A stretch of DNA of 36,176 nt from Desulfurivibrionaceae bacterium (GTDB lineage Bacteria; Desulfobacterota; Desulfobulbia; Desulfobulbales; Desulfurivibrionaceae), in the NCBI GenBank assembly GCA_036397515.1, contig DASWIU010000137.1, positions 1 to 36,176 of the forward strand. Direction: 5' to 3'. This document shows positions 1 to 10,961 of this stretch, one piece after another; the stretch's first letter is position 1; each line of letters begins with the position of its first letter. The position numbers and the translations under genes were made by a program. The notes below the pieces were generated by a model. It did not search any database, was not told the DNA's origin, and saw only the letters and a list, made by a program, of their open reading frames with translations.

Positions 1-4
1 TAAC

Positions 5-67
5 GGCATAAGGGGCCGTAATGAAATGGTGGAAATTTGTAACAATTATTTCATAACGGCCCCTAAA
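5..67 (+). repeat. Short palindromic intergenic element, family B copy 1
   Basis: Inverted arms AGGGGCCGTAATGAAAT (11-27) and ATTTCATAACGGCCCCT (48-64) match at 16/17. A related copy lies in the opposite orientation at 15509-15569. Confidence 0.85.
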
Positions 68-72
68 TAAGT

Positions 73-100
73 TTGACTGTTTTTTAAGCCCCGTTATACC
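73..100 (+). promoter_or_regulatory. Candidate sigma70 promoter for glgP
   Basis: TTGACT (73-78), 16-nt spacer, TATACC (95-100). Motif match only. Confidence 0.35.
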
Positions 101-180
101 CTGAACACAATAAGTGCTCTCGCAGAAGCCGGGCGTATTTCAGTTAAAGCAGATCAACCGCAAGGAAGCAGACCGCAACC

Positions 181-2655
<2,475 letters not shown>

Positions 2656-2664
2656 TTTTCTGTT

Positions 2665-2766
2665 GCCACGAAACCCACGAAAAGCACGAAAGGTTTCGTG
2701 GGCTGCAAATTTTTTCCGAGCTGAAAAATAAAGTTTTTTTTCGTGTTCTTTCGTGGGGTTCGTGGC
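2665..2766. repeat. Inverted-repeat element built from CACGAA units
   Basis: Left arm GCCACGAAACCCACGAAAAGCACGAAA; right arm TTTCGTGTTCTTTCGTGGGGTTCGTGGC. Starts 10 nt after the glgP stop. Confidence 0.8.
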
Positions 2767-2841
2767 GAGTCTTTTTGTGGCGGTTACGGGGTGCGCTCTC
2801 TCCCCAAAATACATTGACTTTTCGCCCTATTGCTGATAGCT

Positions 2842-2887
2842 AACAGGATGCTAAAAAAGCTGTATTTCGCTTTTTTAGCATCCTGTT
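2842..2887. repeat. Perfect 19-bp hairpin (terminator or miniature TIR element)
   Basis: AACAGGATGCTAAAAAAGC, 8-nt loop, GCTTTTTTAGCATCCTGTT. Confidence 0.75.
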
Positions 2888-2935
2888 TTGCAATCAGGCG
2901 TACGACACGCGCCATTCCCGATACTGGACAAGGCC

Positions 2936-4018
2936 ATGACTCAAGACAATCCATCCTCCCGCTTCCAGGCAAACGGCCTGGCGACCCTCATCGGCAGCCT
3001 GCCGGTTAACGACCACAGGGAAGCGTTTGCCCTCATCTTCGCGCACACCCCGGACATTCCCCTGTGGCCGCAATTGCCGAGCAATCCCAAGGAAGGGATG
3101 CTCAGCCAGTTCAGCGAAGGGATGCCCGGCATCATCGAAGAGGCGGGGCGGACCTATTTCGATACCGAGACCGAGACCTTTGCCGAGGAGATGCTGGCCT
3201 ATTTCGAGCAGTATCTTGCCGCCCTCGAAGATCCTTCCCTTCTGCCGGACTCGCCTTTTGCCGTGAGCCCGGACCGGGCCCAAGGCCTTTTCGCCCTCAA
3301 GGAGGCGGTGGCAGGCAAGGCCGTGGCCGCGGTCAAGGGGCAGATGACCGGGCCGTTCACCCTGCTCACCGGCCTCCACGACCGGGAGGGGCGGGCGGCC
3401 TATTACGAGCCGACCATCCGGGAACTGGTGGTAAAGGGGCTTTCCCTCAAGGCTGCCTGGCAGGTGCGGGTTCTCGCCCAGTCGCAGGCCCCGGTCATCC
3501 TCTTCATCGACGAACCGGCCCTGGCCGGTCTTGGCTCCTCGGCCTTTCTCAGTGTTTCCCTGGACGAGCTCGGCCAGGAGCTCAATGAGATCATCACCGC
3601 GGCCCAGGCAGCGGGCGGGCTGGTGGGCGTCCATGTCTGCGCCAATACGGATTGGGAATTTCTCCTCTCCACCTCCCTGGATATTGTCAGCTTCGACGCC
3701 TACGGGTTTTTCGACAAGCTGGTCGCCTGCAAGGAGGTGCTGTACGGATTTTTGAAACGGGGCGGCATCATCGCCTGGGGGATCGTGCCCACCTCGGAGA
3801 AGGAATATATCGAACAGGAAACAGCCGAGTCTCTGCTGGCCCGCTGGGAGGCGCAGGCTGCCCAGCTGGTCAACGGCTCCTGGGATTATCAGGCCCTGCT
3901 GCGGCAGACCCTGATCACCCCGAGCTGCGGAACCGGCTCCCTGCCCCTGGCCCACGCCAAAAAGGTGCTGGCCCTGACCCGGGATCTTTCCAAGCTGTTG
4001 CGGGACAAGTATCTGTAG
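2936..4018 (+). CDS. Core (folate-independent, methylcorrinoid-using) methionine synthase, MesB-like
   Basis: About 360 aa, MetE C-terminal domain only. Motifs TLIGSLP, WPQLP, VKGQMTGP, FIDEP, Zn ligands GVHVC, SFD and ITPSCG, and IAWGIVP. ATG 2936 preferred over the track's TTG 2888. Confidence 0.75.
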   Translation: MTQDNPSSRFQANGLATLIGSLPVNDHREAFALIFAHTPDIPLWPQLPSNPKEGMLSQFSEGMPGIIEEAGRTYFDTETETFAEEMLAYFEQYLAALEDPSLLPDSPFAVSPDRAQGLFALKEAVAGKAVAAVKGQMTGPFTLLTGLHDREGRAAYYEPTIRELVVKGLSLKAAWQVRVLAQSQAPVILFIDEPALAGLGSSAFLSVSLDELGQELNEIITAAQAAGGLVGVHVCANTDWEFLLSTSLDIVSFDAYGFFDKLVACKEVLYGFLKRGGIIAWGIVPTSEKEYIEQETAESLLARWEAQAAQLVNGSWDYQALLRQTLITPSCGTGSLPLAHAKKVLALTRDLSKLLRDKYL

Positions 4019-4081
4019 ACGCGGGCATTGGCCAGCCTTTTTTTTATCCAACCACTATTAAAAAGTTTGAGTATTGATGCC

Positions 4082-5557
4082 ATGGAAGAACTGAATCAGG
4101 TGTTGACGCAGCGCCGTCAAAAGGCCCAGGAGCTGGCAGAGCTGGGCGTTAATCTCTATGCCAACGATTTCAAGCCCGCCCACCGGATCTGCGATGTTCT
4201 GGCAAAAAACGACAACCCGGATGCGCCCCTGGAAGAGGGGATCAAGTCCGTGGCCGGCCGGATCATGGCGCTGCGCAAGTTCGGCAAGGCCGCCTTTGTC
4301 CAGATCCAGGATGAAACAGGCCGCATCCAGGTGTATGTCAAGCGCGATGAGCTTGGGGTGGAGGTCTACCAGATATTCAAGAAGCTCGATGTCGGCGACA
4401 TCGTCGGTTTTGGCGGGGCACTGTTTCGCACCCAGACCGGCGAGCTCACCATCGATGCGGCAACCCTGAAGCCGATCACCAAATCCCTGCGCCCCCTGCC
4501 GGAGAAATTCCACGGCCTCACCGATGTGGAAACCCGTTACCGCCAGCGCTATGTTGACTTGATCATGAATCCGGAGGTGCGCGACACCTTCAGGAAACGG
4601 GTGGAGATCATCCGGCTGATCCGCGATTTTCTGGTGAACCGGGGCTTCATGGAGGTGGAAACCCCGATGATGCAGGCCATTGCCGGCGGGGCCACGGCCA
4701 AGCCCTTCAAGACCCATCACAATGCCCTGGGCATGGATCTCTATCTGCGGATCGCCCCGGAACTCTATCTCAAGCGGCTGCTGGTGGGCGGTTTTGAGAA
4801 GGTCTTTGAGATCAACCGCAATTTCAGGAATGAAGGGCTTTCCACCCGGCACAATCCCGAATTCACCATGCTCGAGTTTTACCAGGCCTTTGCCACCTAC
4901 GAGGATCTCATGGACCTCACCGAGGAGATGGTTTCCTACATCGCCGCCGAGGTCACCGGCTCCATGGTCGTCATGTATCAGGGCCAGGAGGTTGATCTTT
5001 CCCCGCCCTGGAAACGCTACACCATGGACGAGGCGCTCATCGAGGTGGGCGGGGTTGACCCGGCCGTTTTGGCCGATCCGGCCCGCACCCGGCAGCTCGC
5101 CAAGGAAAAGGGCATTGCCCTTGAGCCCCTGGCTGGGCACGGCAAGGCCAAGACCGAACTGTTTGAACTGCTGGTGGAGGAAAAGCTGATCAATCCCACC
5201 TTCGTGACCCAGTACCCAACCGAGGTCTCGCCCCTGGCCCGCCGCAACGAGAAGAACCCCGAGGTCACCGACCGGTTCGAACTTTTCGTGACCGGCCGGG
5301 AAATAGCCAATGCCTTCAGCGAACTCAATGATCCCATCGATCAAAAAGAGCGGCTTGCCAAGCAGATTGCCGAACGGGGCAGCGACGAGGAGATCTTCCC
5401 GGAGATGGACGAGGATTTCGTCCGGGCCCTGGAATACGGCATGCCGCCTGCGGCAGGGGAAGGAATCGGCATCGACCGGTTGGTCATGCTGCTCACCGAC
5501 TCCGCCTCGATCCGGGATGTTATTCTCTTTCCGCATCTGCGCCCGGAGAGTAAATAA
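4082..5557 (+). CDS. lysS: Lysine--tRNA ligase (class II)
   Basis: OB-fold AGRIMALRKFGKAAF, RYRQRYVDL, YLRIAPELYLKRL, RNFRNEG, HNPEFTMLE, GIGIDRL. Start taken at ATG 4082. Confidence 0.97.
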   Translation: MEELNQVLTQRRQKAQELAELGVNLYANDFKPAHRICDVLAKNDNPDAPLEEGIKSVAGRIMALRKFGKAAFVQIQDETGRIQVYVKRDELGVEVYQIFKKLDVGDIVGFGGALFRTQTGELTIDAATLKPITKSLRPLPEKFHGLTDVETRYRQRYVDLIMNPEVRDTFRKRVEIIRLIRDFLVNRGFMEVETPMMQAIAGGATAKPFKTHHNALGMDLYLRIAPELYLKRLLVGGFEKVFEINRNFRNEGLSTRHNPEFTMLEFYQAFATYEDLMDLTEEMVSYIAAEVTGSMVVMYQGQEVDLSPPWKRYTMDEALIEVGGVDPAVLADPARTRQLAKEKGIALEPLAGHGKAKTELFELLVEEKLINPTFVTQYPTEVSPLARRNEKNPEVTDRFELFVTGREIANAFSELNDPIDQKERLAKQIAERGSDEEIFPEMDEDFVRALEYGMPPAAGEGIGIDRLVMLLTDSASIRDVILFPHLRPESK

Positions 5558-5560
5558 GCC

Positions 5561-5672
5561 GTGTAAACCGTCCAGGAGCACGGCATCTGCTTTGTCATCG
5601 GTCGGCTCGTGTGCGACAGCACACTTCGCCGGCCTCTTTCGCGCATCTGCGGCGCTCCTGAACGGTTTACAC
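5561..5672 (-). repeat. Structured intergenic element, family A copy 1 (short form)
   Basis: 30-bp imperfect terminal inverted repeats (25/30). Shares CATCTGCTTTGTCATCG with the copies at 7915 and 17551, and AGCACACTTCGC with the copy at 17551. Confidence 0.85.
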
Positions 5673-5766
5673 CTCCCGAGGAGCTGGGAACCTCGCCGAT
5701 CCTTTTTCGGACTGTTTCGGAGAGAGACAGCGTTTCCCGCCGAGACATTGCCGAAGGCAAAAAAGT

Positions 5767-5872
5767 CCCCTTTCCCCTTGCGGGAGAGGGATAGGGTGAG
5801 GGGGAAGGTGCATGAGGGGATGCTGTCGACATCTCCACCCACCCCCCAATTCCCTCCCGCCAAGGGAGGGGG
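5767..5872. repeat. Inverted pair of C/G-rich REP-like hairpins
   Basis: CCCCTTTCCCCTTGCGGGAGAGGGATAGGGTGAGGGGG (5767-5804) and an inverted relative CACCCACCCCCCAATTCCCTCCCGCCAAGGGAGGGGG (5836-5872). Confidence 0.7.
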
Positions 5873-5918
5873 CAGTACAAAATCATAATCGGCCACTACT
5901 GGGAAAAAGAGGAACATT

Positions 5919-7154
5919 GTGAATTTTGAATGGTTTGTCTGCCTGCGGTATCTGAAGGCCAAGCGCAAGCACGGCTTCATCTCGCTTATTTCCTTGATCT
6001 CCATTGCCGGGGTCATGGTCGGGGTCATGGCCCTTATCGTGGTGCTCGCGGTGATGACCGGCTTTACCTCCGAGTTCCGGGACAAGATCCTGGGCATCAA
6101 CTCCCATGTGGTGGTTCAGGATTATACCGGCAATATCAGCGACTACGAACAGGTTGCCGCCACGGTGCGCGCGGTTGAAGGGGTGAGCGGGGTCACCCCC
6201 TATCTCTACAGCCAGGCCATGATCACCAGTGGCGAGGGCGGCACCGGCGCCGTGCTGCGGGGCCTTGACCCTGCCACTGCCCAGGGGGTGCTCAACCTGG
6301 AAAAGAATCTCCGCGCAGGCTCCATCGCGGAGTTGTCGCCTGTCCAAGATGATGGCGCACGCAGAGTGCCGGGCATCATTCTGGGCAAGGAGCTTGCCGC
6401 CCAGTTGCATGTCTCGGTCCAGGACCGGGTGCGGCTGATCTCGGCTTCCGGCCCCCTCACCCCCATGGGGGTAATGCCCAAGGTCTCCACCTTCCGGGTG
6501 GTCGGGATTTTTGAAACCGGCATGTACGAGTATGATTCCGCCCTGGCCTATGTCTCCCTGGAAACGGCGCAGCGCTTTTTTGACCTGCCTGGCGCGGTGC
6601 ATGGCCTGGAGGTGAAAACCTTTGATCTCAATCAGGCCGACCGGGTTGCCAAGCGGATCGAACAGGCCCTGGGGCCGAATTATTTCGCCAAGGACTGGAT
6701 GCGGATGAACCGGAATATCTTTTCCGCCCTCGCCCTGGAAAAAACAGCCCTCTCGGTGATCATGGCCCTGGTGGTGATGGTCGCCGCTTTTAACATCGTC
6801 AGCACTCTGATCATGGTGGTCATGGAGAAGACCAAGGATATCGCCATCCTCAAATCCATGGGCGCCACCTCCGCCAGTATCATGCGGATTTTTATTTATG
6901 AGGGGCTGATTATCGGTCTGGTCGGCACCTTTCTCGGGGTGTTGGGGGGGCTGGGGCTCTGCGCGATCCTAAGCCGCTACCAGTTCATCAAGCTGCCCGA
7001 TGTCTACCCGATTTCCACCCTGCCGGTGCTGGTCCTGCCCTCGGATGTCATCCTCATTGCCCTGTCGGCAACGGTTATTACCCTGGTCGCCACCCTGTAT
7101 CCTTCCTGGCAGGCGGCCAAGGTCGATCCGGCCGTGGCCCTGCGTTATGAGTAA
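5919..7154 (+). CDS. lolE: Lipoprotein-releasing ABC transporter permease (LolC/E family)
   Basis: RYLKAKRKHGFISLIS, N-terminal TM, periplasmic domain, AAFNIVSTLIMVVMEK..DIAILKSMGA, and C-terminal YPSWQAAKVDPAVALRYE. GTG start. Confidence 0.92.
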   Translation: MNFEWFVCLRYLKAKRKHGFISLISLISIAGVMVGVMALIVVLAVMTGFTSEFRDKILGINSHVVVQDYTGNISDYEQVAATVRAVEGVSGVTPYLYSQAMITSGEGGTGAVLRGLDPATAQGVLNLEKNLRAGSIAELSPVQDDGARRVPGIILGKELAAQLHVSVQDRVRLISASGPLTPMGVMPKVSTFRVVGIFETGMYEYDSALAYVSLETAQRFFDLPGAVHGLEVKTFDLNQADRVAKRIEQALGPNYFAKDWMRMNRNIFSALALEKTALSVIMALVVMVAAFNIVSTLIMVVMEKTKDIAILKSMGATSASIMRIFIYEGLIIGLVGTFLGVLGGLGLCAILSRYQFIKLPDVYPISTLPVLVLPSDVILIALSATVITLVATLYPSWQAAKVDPAVALRYE

Positions 7155-7167
7155 CGGAGTTTCCCCC

Positions 7168-7899
7168 ATGTCGAATGGCGCACAAGAGCAACCCTTCTTT
7201 TTTGAAGCACGGGATATTTACAAGGAATACCGCGACCATGGCAGCCTGCAGGTGCTCGCCGGGGTAAACCTGCGGCTGGTTGCCGGGGAAATGGTCGCGG
7301 TGGTCGGCGCTTCCGGCACCGGAAAAACGACCCTGCTCCATATCCTGGGCGCCTTGGATCAGCCCAGCCAGGGGCAGGTTCTGTACCGGGGTGAAAATGT
7401 TTTTGCGAAAAACGCCGACCAGCTGGCCCTGTTCCGCAATCAGGTTATCGGCTTTGTTTTTCAGTCCCACCATCTGCTCCCGGAATTCAACGCCCTGGAA
7501 AATGTCCTGCTGCCCGGGTTGATCGCCGGGCAGAAACGGACCGGGCTTATCGGCTATGCGGAGTATCTTTTGGAGCGGGTCGGGGTATTGAACCGCGCCA
7601 GCCACAAGGTGGGCGAGCTTTCCGGCGGCGAGCAGCAGCGGGTCGCCCTGGCCCGGGCCCTGATCATGAAGCCGGCGGTCCTTCTGGCGGATGAGCCCAC
7701 CGGCAATCTTGACCCCAAAACCGGGCTCAAGGTTTTTGAGCTCATCCGGGAGTTGAGCGAAACCCTCTCCCTGGCAACGGTCATGGTGACGCACAACCTG
7801 GAACTGTCCCGGCGGATGAGCCGTTGTCTCACCTTGCGGGACGGGGGCTTGCACGAAACTCGGGATGAGGTAACTATCCAGCTTGGAGCCGAGAAGTAA
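7168..7899 (+). CDS. lolD: Lipoprotein-releasing ABC transporter ATPase
   Basis: Walker A GASGTGKT, LolD motif [34 protein letters not shown] precedes ATG 7168; the alternative start is 7147. Confidence 0.92.
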   Translation: MSNGAQEQPFFFEARDIYKEYRDHGSLQVLAGVNLRLVAGEMVAVVGASGTGKTTLLHILGALDQPSQGQVLYRGENVFAKNADQLALFRNQVIGFVFQSHHLLPEFNALENVLLPGLIAGQKRTGLIGYAEYLLERVGVLNRASHKVGELSGGEQQRVALARALIMKPAVLLADEPTGNLDPKTGLKVFELIRELSETLSLATVMVTHNLELSRRMSRCLTLRDGGLHETRDEVTIQLGAEK

Positions 7900-7914
7900 C
7901 GTAAACCAAGAAAT

Positions 7915-8045
7915 GTAACTGCCCCGCAGTGCCGCGGATGCGCGTGTCAATTGTCGGCGGAAATGCCGAGAAAGGGGATGGCGAGCTACACGGCCTATGC
8001 GAGCAGGCCGATGACAAAGCAGATGCGGTGCTGCTGGGCAGTTAC
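7915..8045 (+). repeat. Structured intergenic element, family A copy 2
   Basis: Termini GTAACTGCCCCGCAGTGCCGC and GCGGTGCTGCTGGGCAGTTAC. Its reverse complement aligns with 17551-17682. Confidence 0.85.
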
Positions 8046-8176
8046 GGGATGAGAGCAAAGATTCTTGACACTAGGGCCAATGCCTGATAATTCTGGTAAG
8101 CTCATTATTTTAGATCGCCAGCACGTCCGCATATCCTGGGACGGTTTTCCAGTCCCTTTACAGCGAAAGCGAGAGT

Positions 8177-10903
8177 ATGAAACAAGACAACTCAGCCCGG
8201 CACAGAGTACGCTCATGCGGTTTTTTGAGGTCCATGCAGATTGTGGTTATCGCCCTTGTCCTCGTTGCGGCCCAGAATTTCCTGCCTCTGGCGGGGGAGG
8301 CATTCGGCGCGGATCCCGAATCGAATACCGTCATGGTTCCCCCCAAGATCAATGCCCAGACCGGGGTTGATCAGCTTCTCGCCTTAAGCGACAAGACCCT
8401 GCAGGAGGTCGTGCGGAACAAGGGGCTGGCGATGCTGTCCAGGGAGGAAGTGCAACGGAAAATCGGTTATGAGCATTGGCCTCCCAAGGCAGAGGTCCTG
8501 AAGTCCTTGGTCACCTCCCCGGCGGTCAATTATGTGGCGGTGGGCAGTATCACCAAGCTCGGCGAGCAGCTCAGTCTGGACTTTGTCGTCCATGACATCC
8601 TCGGCAATAGCCCGCCCAAATTTTATTATCAGGTCAGCAGCAACGAGACCGAGTTGCAGAAATCCCTGAACCAGATGGTCAACGATATTCTCGCCAGCAC
8701 CGGCCAATATTTTCTCATCCACTCCATTGGCGTTGCCGGCAACACCCGCACGGATTCCGGGGCCATCATGCGCCAGGTGAAAAGCCAGGCCGGGGAGCGC
8801 TATGCCCCGGAACTTTTGCGGGCGGATCTGAAAAACATCTTTCAGATGGGCTATTTTGACGATGTGCAGATACTGGTCACCGATACGGAAAAAGGCAAGG
8901 AGATCATCTTCCAGCTCACGGAAAAAGCGGTAATCGGCCAGGTTCTCATCAACGGCGAGCAAGAGCTTGACGAGAAAGATGTGAAAGAGGTGGTGAGCAT
9001 CTCCCCCAATACCATCATCAACACCAATGAGGTGCAGACCTCCGTCGAGAATATCCGCAAGCTCTATAAGGATAAGGGTTTTTACCGGACCACCGTTGCC
9101 GCCAAGCTCAACTATCCCGCGCCAGACAAGGTGAATGTCACCTTTGACATCGAAGAAGGCGTCAAGATGTATATCAAGGATATCCGTTTTGTCGGCAACA
9201 AGGCCTTTACCGCCAGGGAATTGCGCAAGGAGATGGCCACCTCGGAGAAAGGGTTGCTCTCCTGGTTTACCGAGTCGGGCAAGCTGAAGCGCGATCTGCT
9301 TGAGCAGGATCGCTCCCGGATCGGCGCCATGTATCACAACAGCGGCTACATCGAGGCCCGGATCGGCGAGCCGGTGATAACCGATGAAGGCGATTGGCTC
9401 TACGTTACCTTTGATATCCAGGAGGGCGACCGCTACCGGGTCGGCACCATCGAGATCGAGGGGGACATCGTCGGCGATAAAAACGATTTGTTCAGCCTGG
9501 TCGAGCTGAGCAAGGAGAAGTACTTCAGCCGCAAAATCTTGCGGGATGATGTTCTGCGCCTTACGGATCGTTACGCGGAGAGCGGCTATGCCTTTGCCGA
9601 GGTCGAACCGAAGCTCGGCAAGAATGAAGAAGAGAAACGCATGGATCTGGTGCTCAAGATTACCCAGGGAACCTTGGTGCACATCAACCGGATCAACATC
9701 AAGGGCAACACCCGGACCAGGGACAAGGTCATCCGCCGGGAGATGCAGGTCAAGGAGGGCGGCCTGCTCGATGCAAGCGCGGTCAGAAAGAGCAGCGAAA
9801 GGCTGCAGCGGCTTGATTTTTTTGAAGAGGTGAACGTCACCCCGGAGCCCACGGTACAACCAGACTTGATGGATGTCGTGGTCGATGTCAAGGAAAAGGC
9901 CACCGGCACCTTCAGCGTCGGGGCCGGTTACAGCTCGGTGGACAACATGATGTTCATGGGCGAGGTCAGCGAGAATAACTTTCTCGGCAAGGGCCAGCGC
10001 CTCTCTCTGCAGGCCAACATGAGTTCCCGCAGCAGCCGCTACAACTTCAGCTTTACCGAGCCCCATCTCAACGATACCAAGCTGCTGTTCGGCTATGATC
10101 TCTACAACTGGTCCAGGGAATACGACGATTACACCAAGGATTCCACCGGCGCCGGCCTGCGCTTTGGCTATCCGGTCTGGAACAAGTGGAGCCTCGGCTG
10201 GGGCTACGGCTTTGATGACACCACGATGACCGATGTGCTGGTGAGCAATGTCCCGCAAAGTATGCTGGATTCCATGGAGATCGAGACCACAAGCTTTGTC
10301 CGGATCGGCATTGCCAAGGACACCCGGAACAAGTTCACCGATGCCTCAAAGGGCTGGCTCACCAACTATTCCATCAAGCAGGCGGGCGGCCCCCTGGGCG
10401 GGGACAGCGCCTTTACCAAGTACGAGGCCACTTCCGGCTGGTACTATCCGCTGTGGTGGGAAACAACCTTCCATGTCAAGGGCTCCATCGGTTATGTGGC
10501 TGAAAACCAGGATGGAAAGCTGCCTGTGTATGAGAAATTCTATCTCGGTGGGCTCAACACCATCCGGGGCTTTGACAGCGGCAAGATCAGCCCTCTGGAG
10601 TTAAATCCCGATGGTGTTACCTATTCACGGGTGGGCGGCGAAAAGATGTGGTACTCCAACGTGGAATGGATTTTTCCCATTGTCAAGGAGATCGGCCTGA
10701 AAGGCTTGGTGTTCTTTGACCTGGGCAATGTCTATACCGATTCCGAAACCTGGGATGTCGGGGATCTTCGTTACAGCACCGGCCTTGGCTTCCGTTGGCT
10801 GTCGCCCATGGGCCCCCTCCGCCTGGAGTGGGGCTGGAATCTCGACCCGGAAGAAGGCGAGAAGCAGGGGGTTTGGGATTTCAGCATCGGCGGGGCGTTC
10901 TAG
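8177..10903 (+). CDS. bamA: Outer membrane protein assembly factor BamA with an extra N-terminal domain
   Basis: 908 aa. POTRA repeats (GNTRTRDKVIRRE), ENNFLGKGQ, IRGF loop-6 motif, SPMGPLRL and a terminal Phe. The start could be 8234. Confidence 0.95.
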   Translation: MKQDNSARHRVRSCGFLRSMQIVVIALVLVAAQNFLPLAGEAFGADPESNTVMVPPKINAQTGVDQLLALSDKTLQEVVRNKGLAMLSREEVQRKIGYEHWPPKAEVLKSLVTSPAVNYVAVGSITKLGEQLSLDFVVHDILGNSPPKFYYQVSSNETELQKSLNQMVNDILASTGQYFLIHSIGVAGNTRTDSGAIMRQVKSQAGERYAPELLRADLKNIFQMGYFDDVQILVTDTEKGKEIIFQLTEKAVIGQVLINGEQELDEKDVKEVVSISPNTIINTNEVQTSVENIRKLYKDKGFYRTTVAAKLNYPAPDKVNVTFDIEEGVKMYIKDIRFVGNKAFTARELRKEMATSEKGLLSWFTESGKLKRDLLEQDRSRIGAMYHNSGYIEARIGEPVITDEGDWLYVTFDIQEGDRYRVGTIEIEGDIVGDKNDLFSLVELSKEKYFSRKILRDDVLRLTDRYAESGYAFAEVEPKLGKNEEEKRMDLVLKITQGTLVHINRINIKGNTRTRDKVIRREMQVKEGGLLDASAVRKSSERLQRLDFFEEVNVTPEPTVQPDLMDVVVDVKEKATGTFSVGAGYSSVDNMMFMGEVSENNFLGKGQRLSLQANMSSRSSRYNFSFTEPHLNDTKLLFGYDLYNWSREYDDYTKDSTGAGLRFGYPVWNKWSLGWGYGFDDTTMTDVLVSNVPQSMLDSMEIETTSFVRIGIAKDTRNKFTDASKGWLTNYSIKQAGGPLGGDSAFTKYEATSGWYYPLWWETTFHVKGSIGYVAENQDGKLPVYEKFYLGGLNTIRGFDSGKISPLELNPDGVTYSRVGGEKMWYSNVEWIFPIVKEIGLKGLVFFDLGNVYTDSETWDVGDLRYSTGLGFRWLSPMGPLRLEWGWNLDPEEGEKQGVWDFSIGGAF

Positions 10904-10961
10904 GAAATGGCCGCAAATGTGTCGGCTTTCCCCTGCTTTCCCGCTCTTTCCAAGATAAAAA

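Noticed and set aside
2665-2766. CACGAA array as a CRISPR or iteron array
   Set aside because: Units are about 9 bp with no unique spacers, arranged as an inverted pair, and there is no cas or rep gene.
4058-6100. 680-aa ORF antisense to lysS and the repeat spacer
   Set aside because: Shadow ORF. The part outside lysS is just translated palindromic repeat.
7147-7179. Duplicated MSNG at the lolD start
   Set aside because: The codons differ, and the first ATG overlaps the lolE C-terminal codons. Most likely coincidence.
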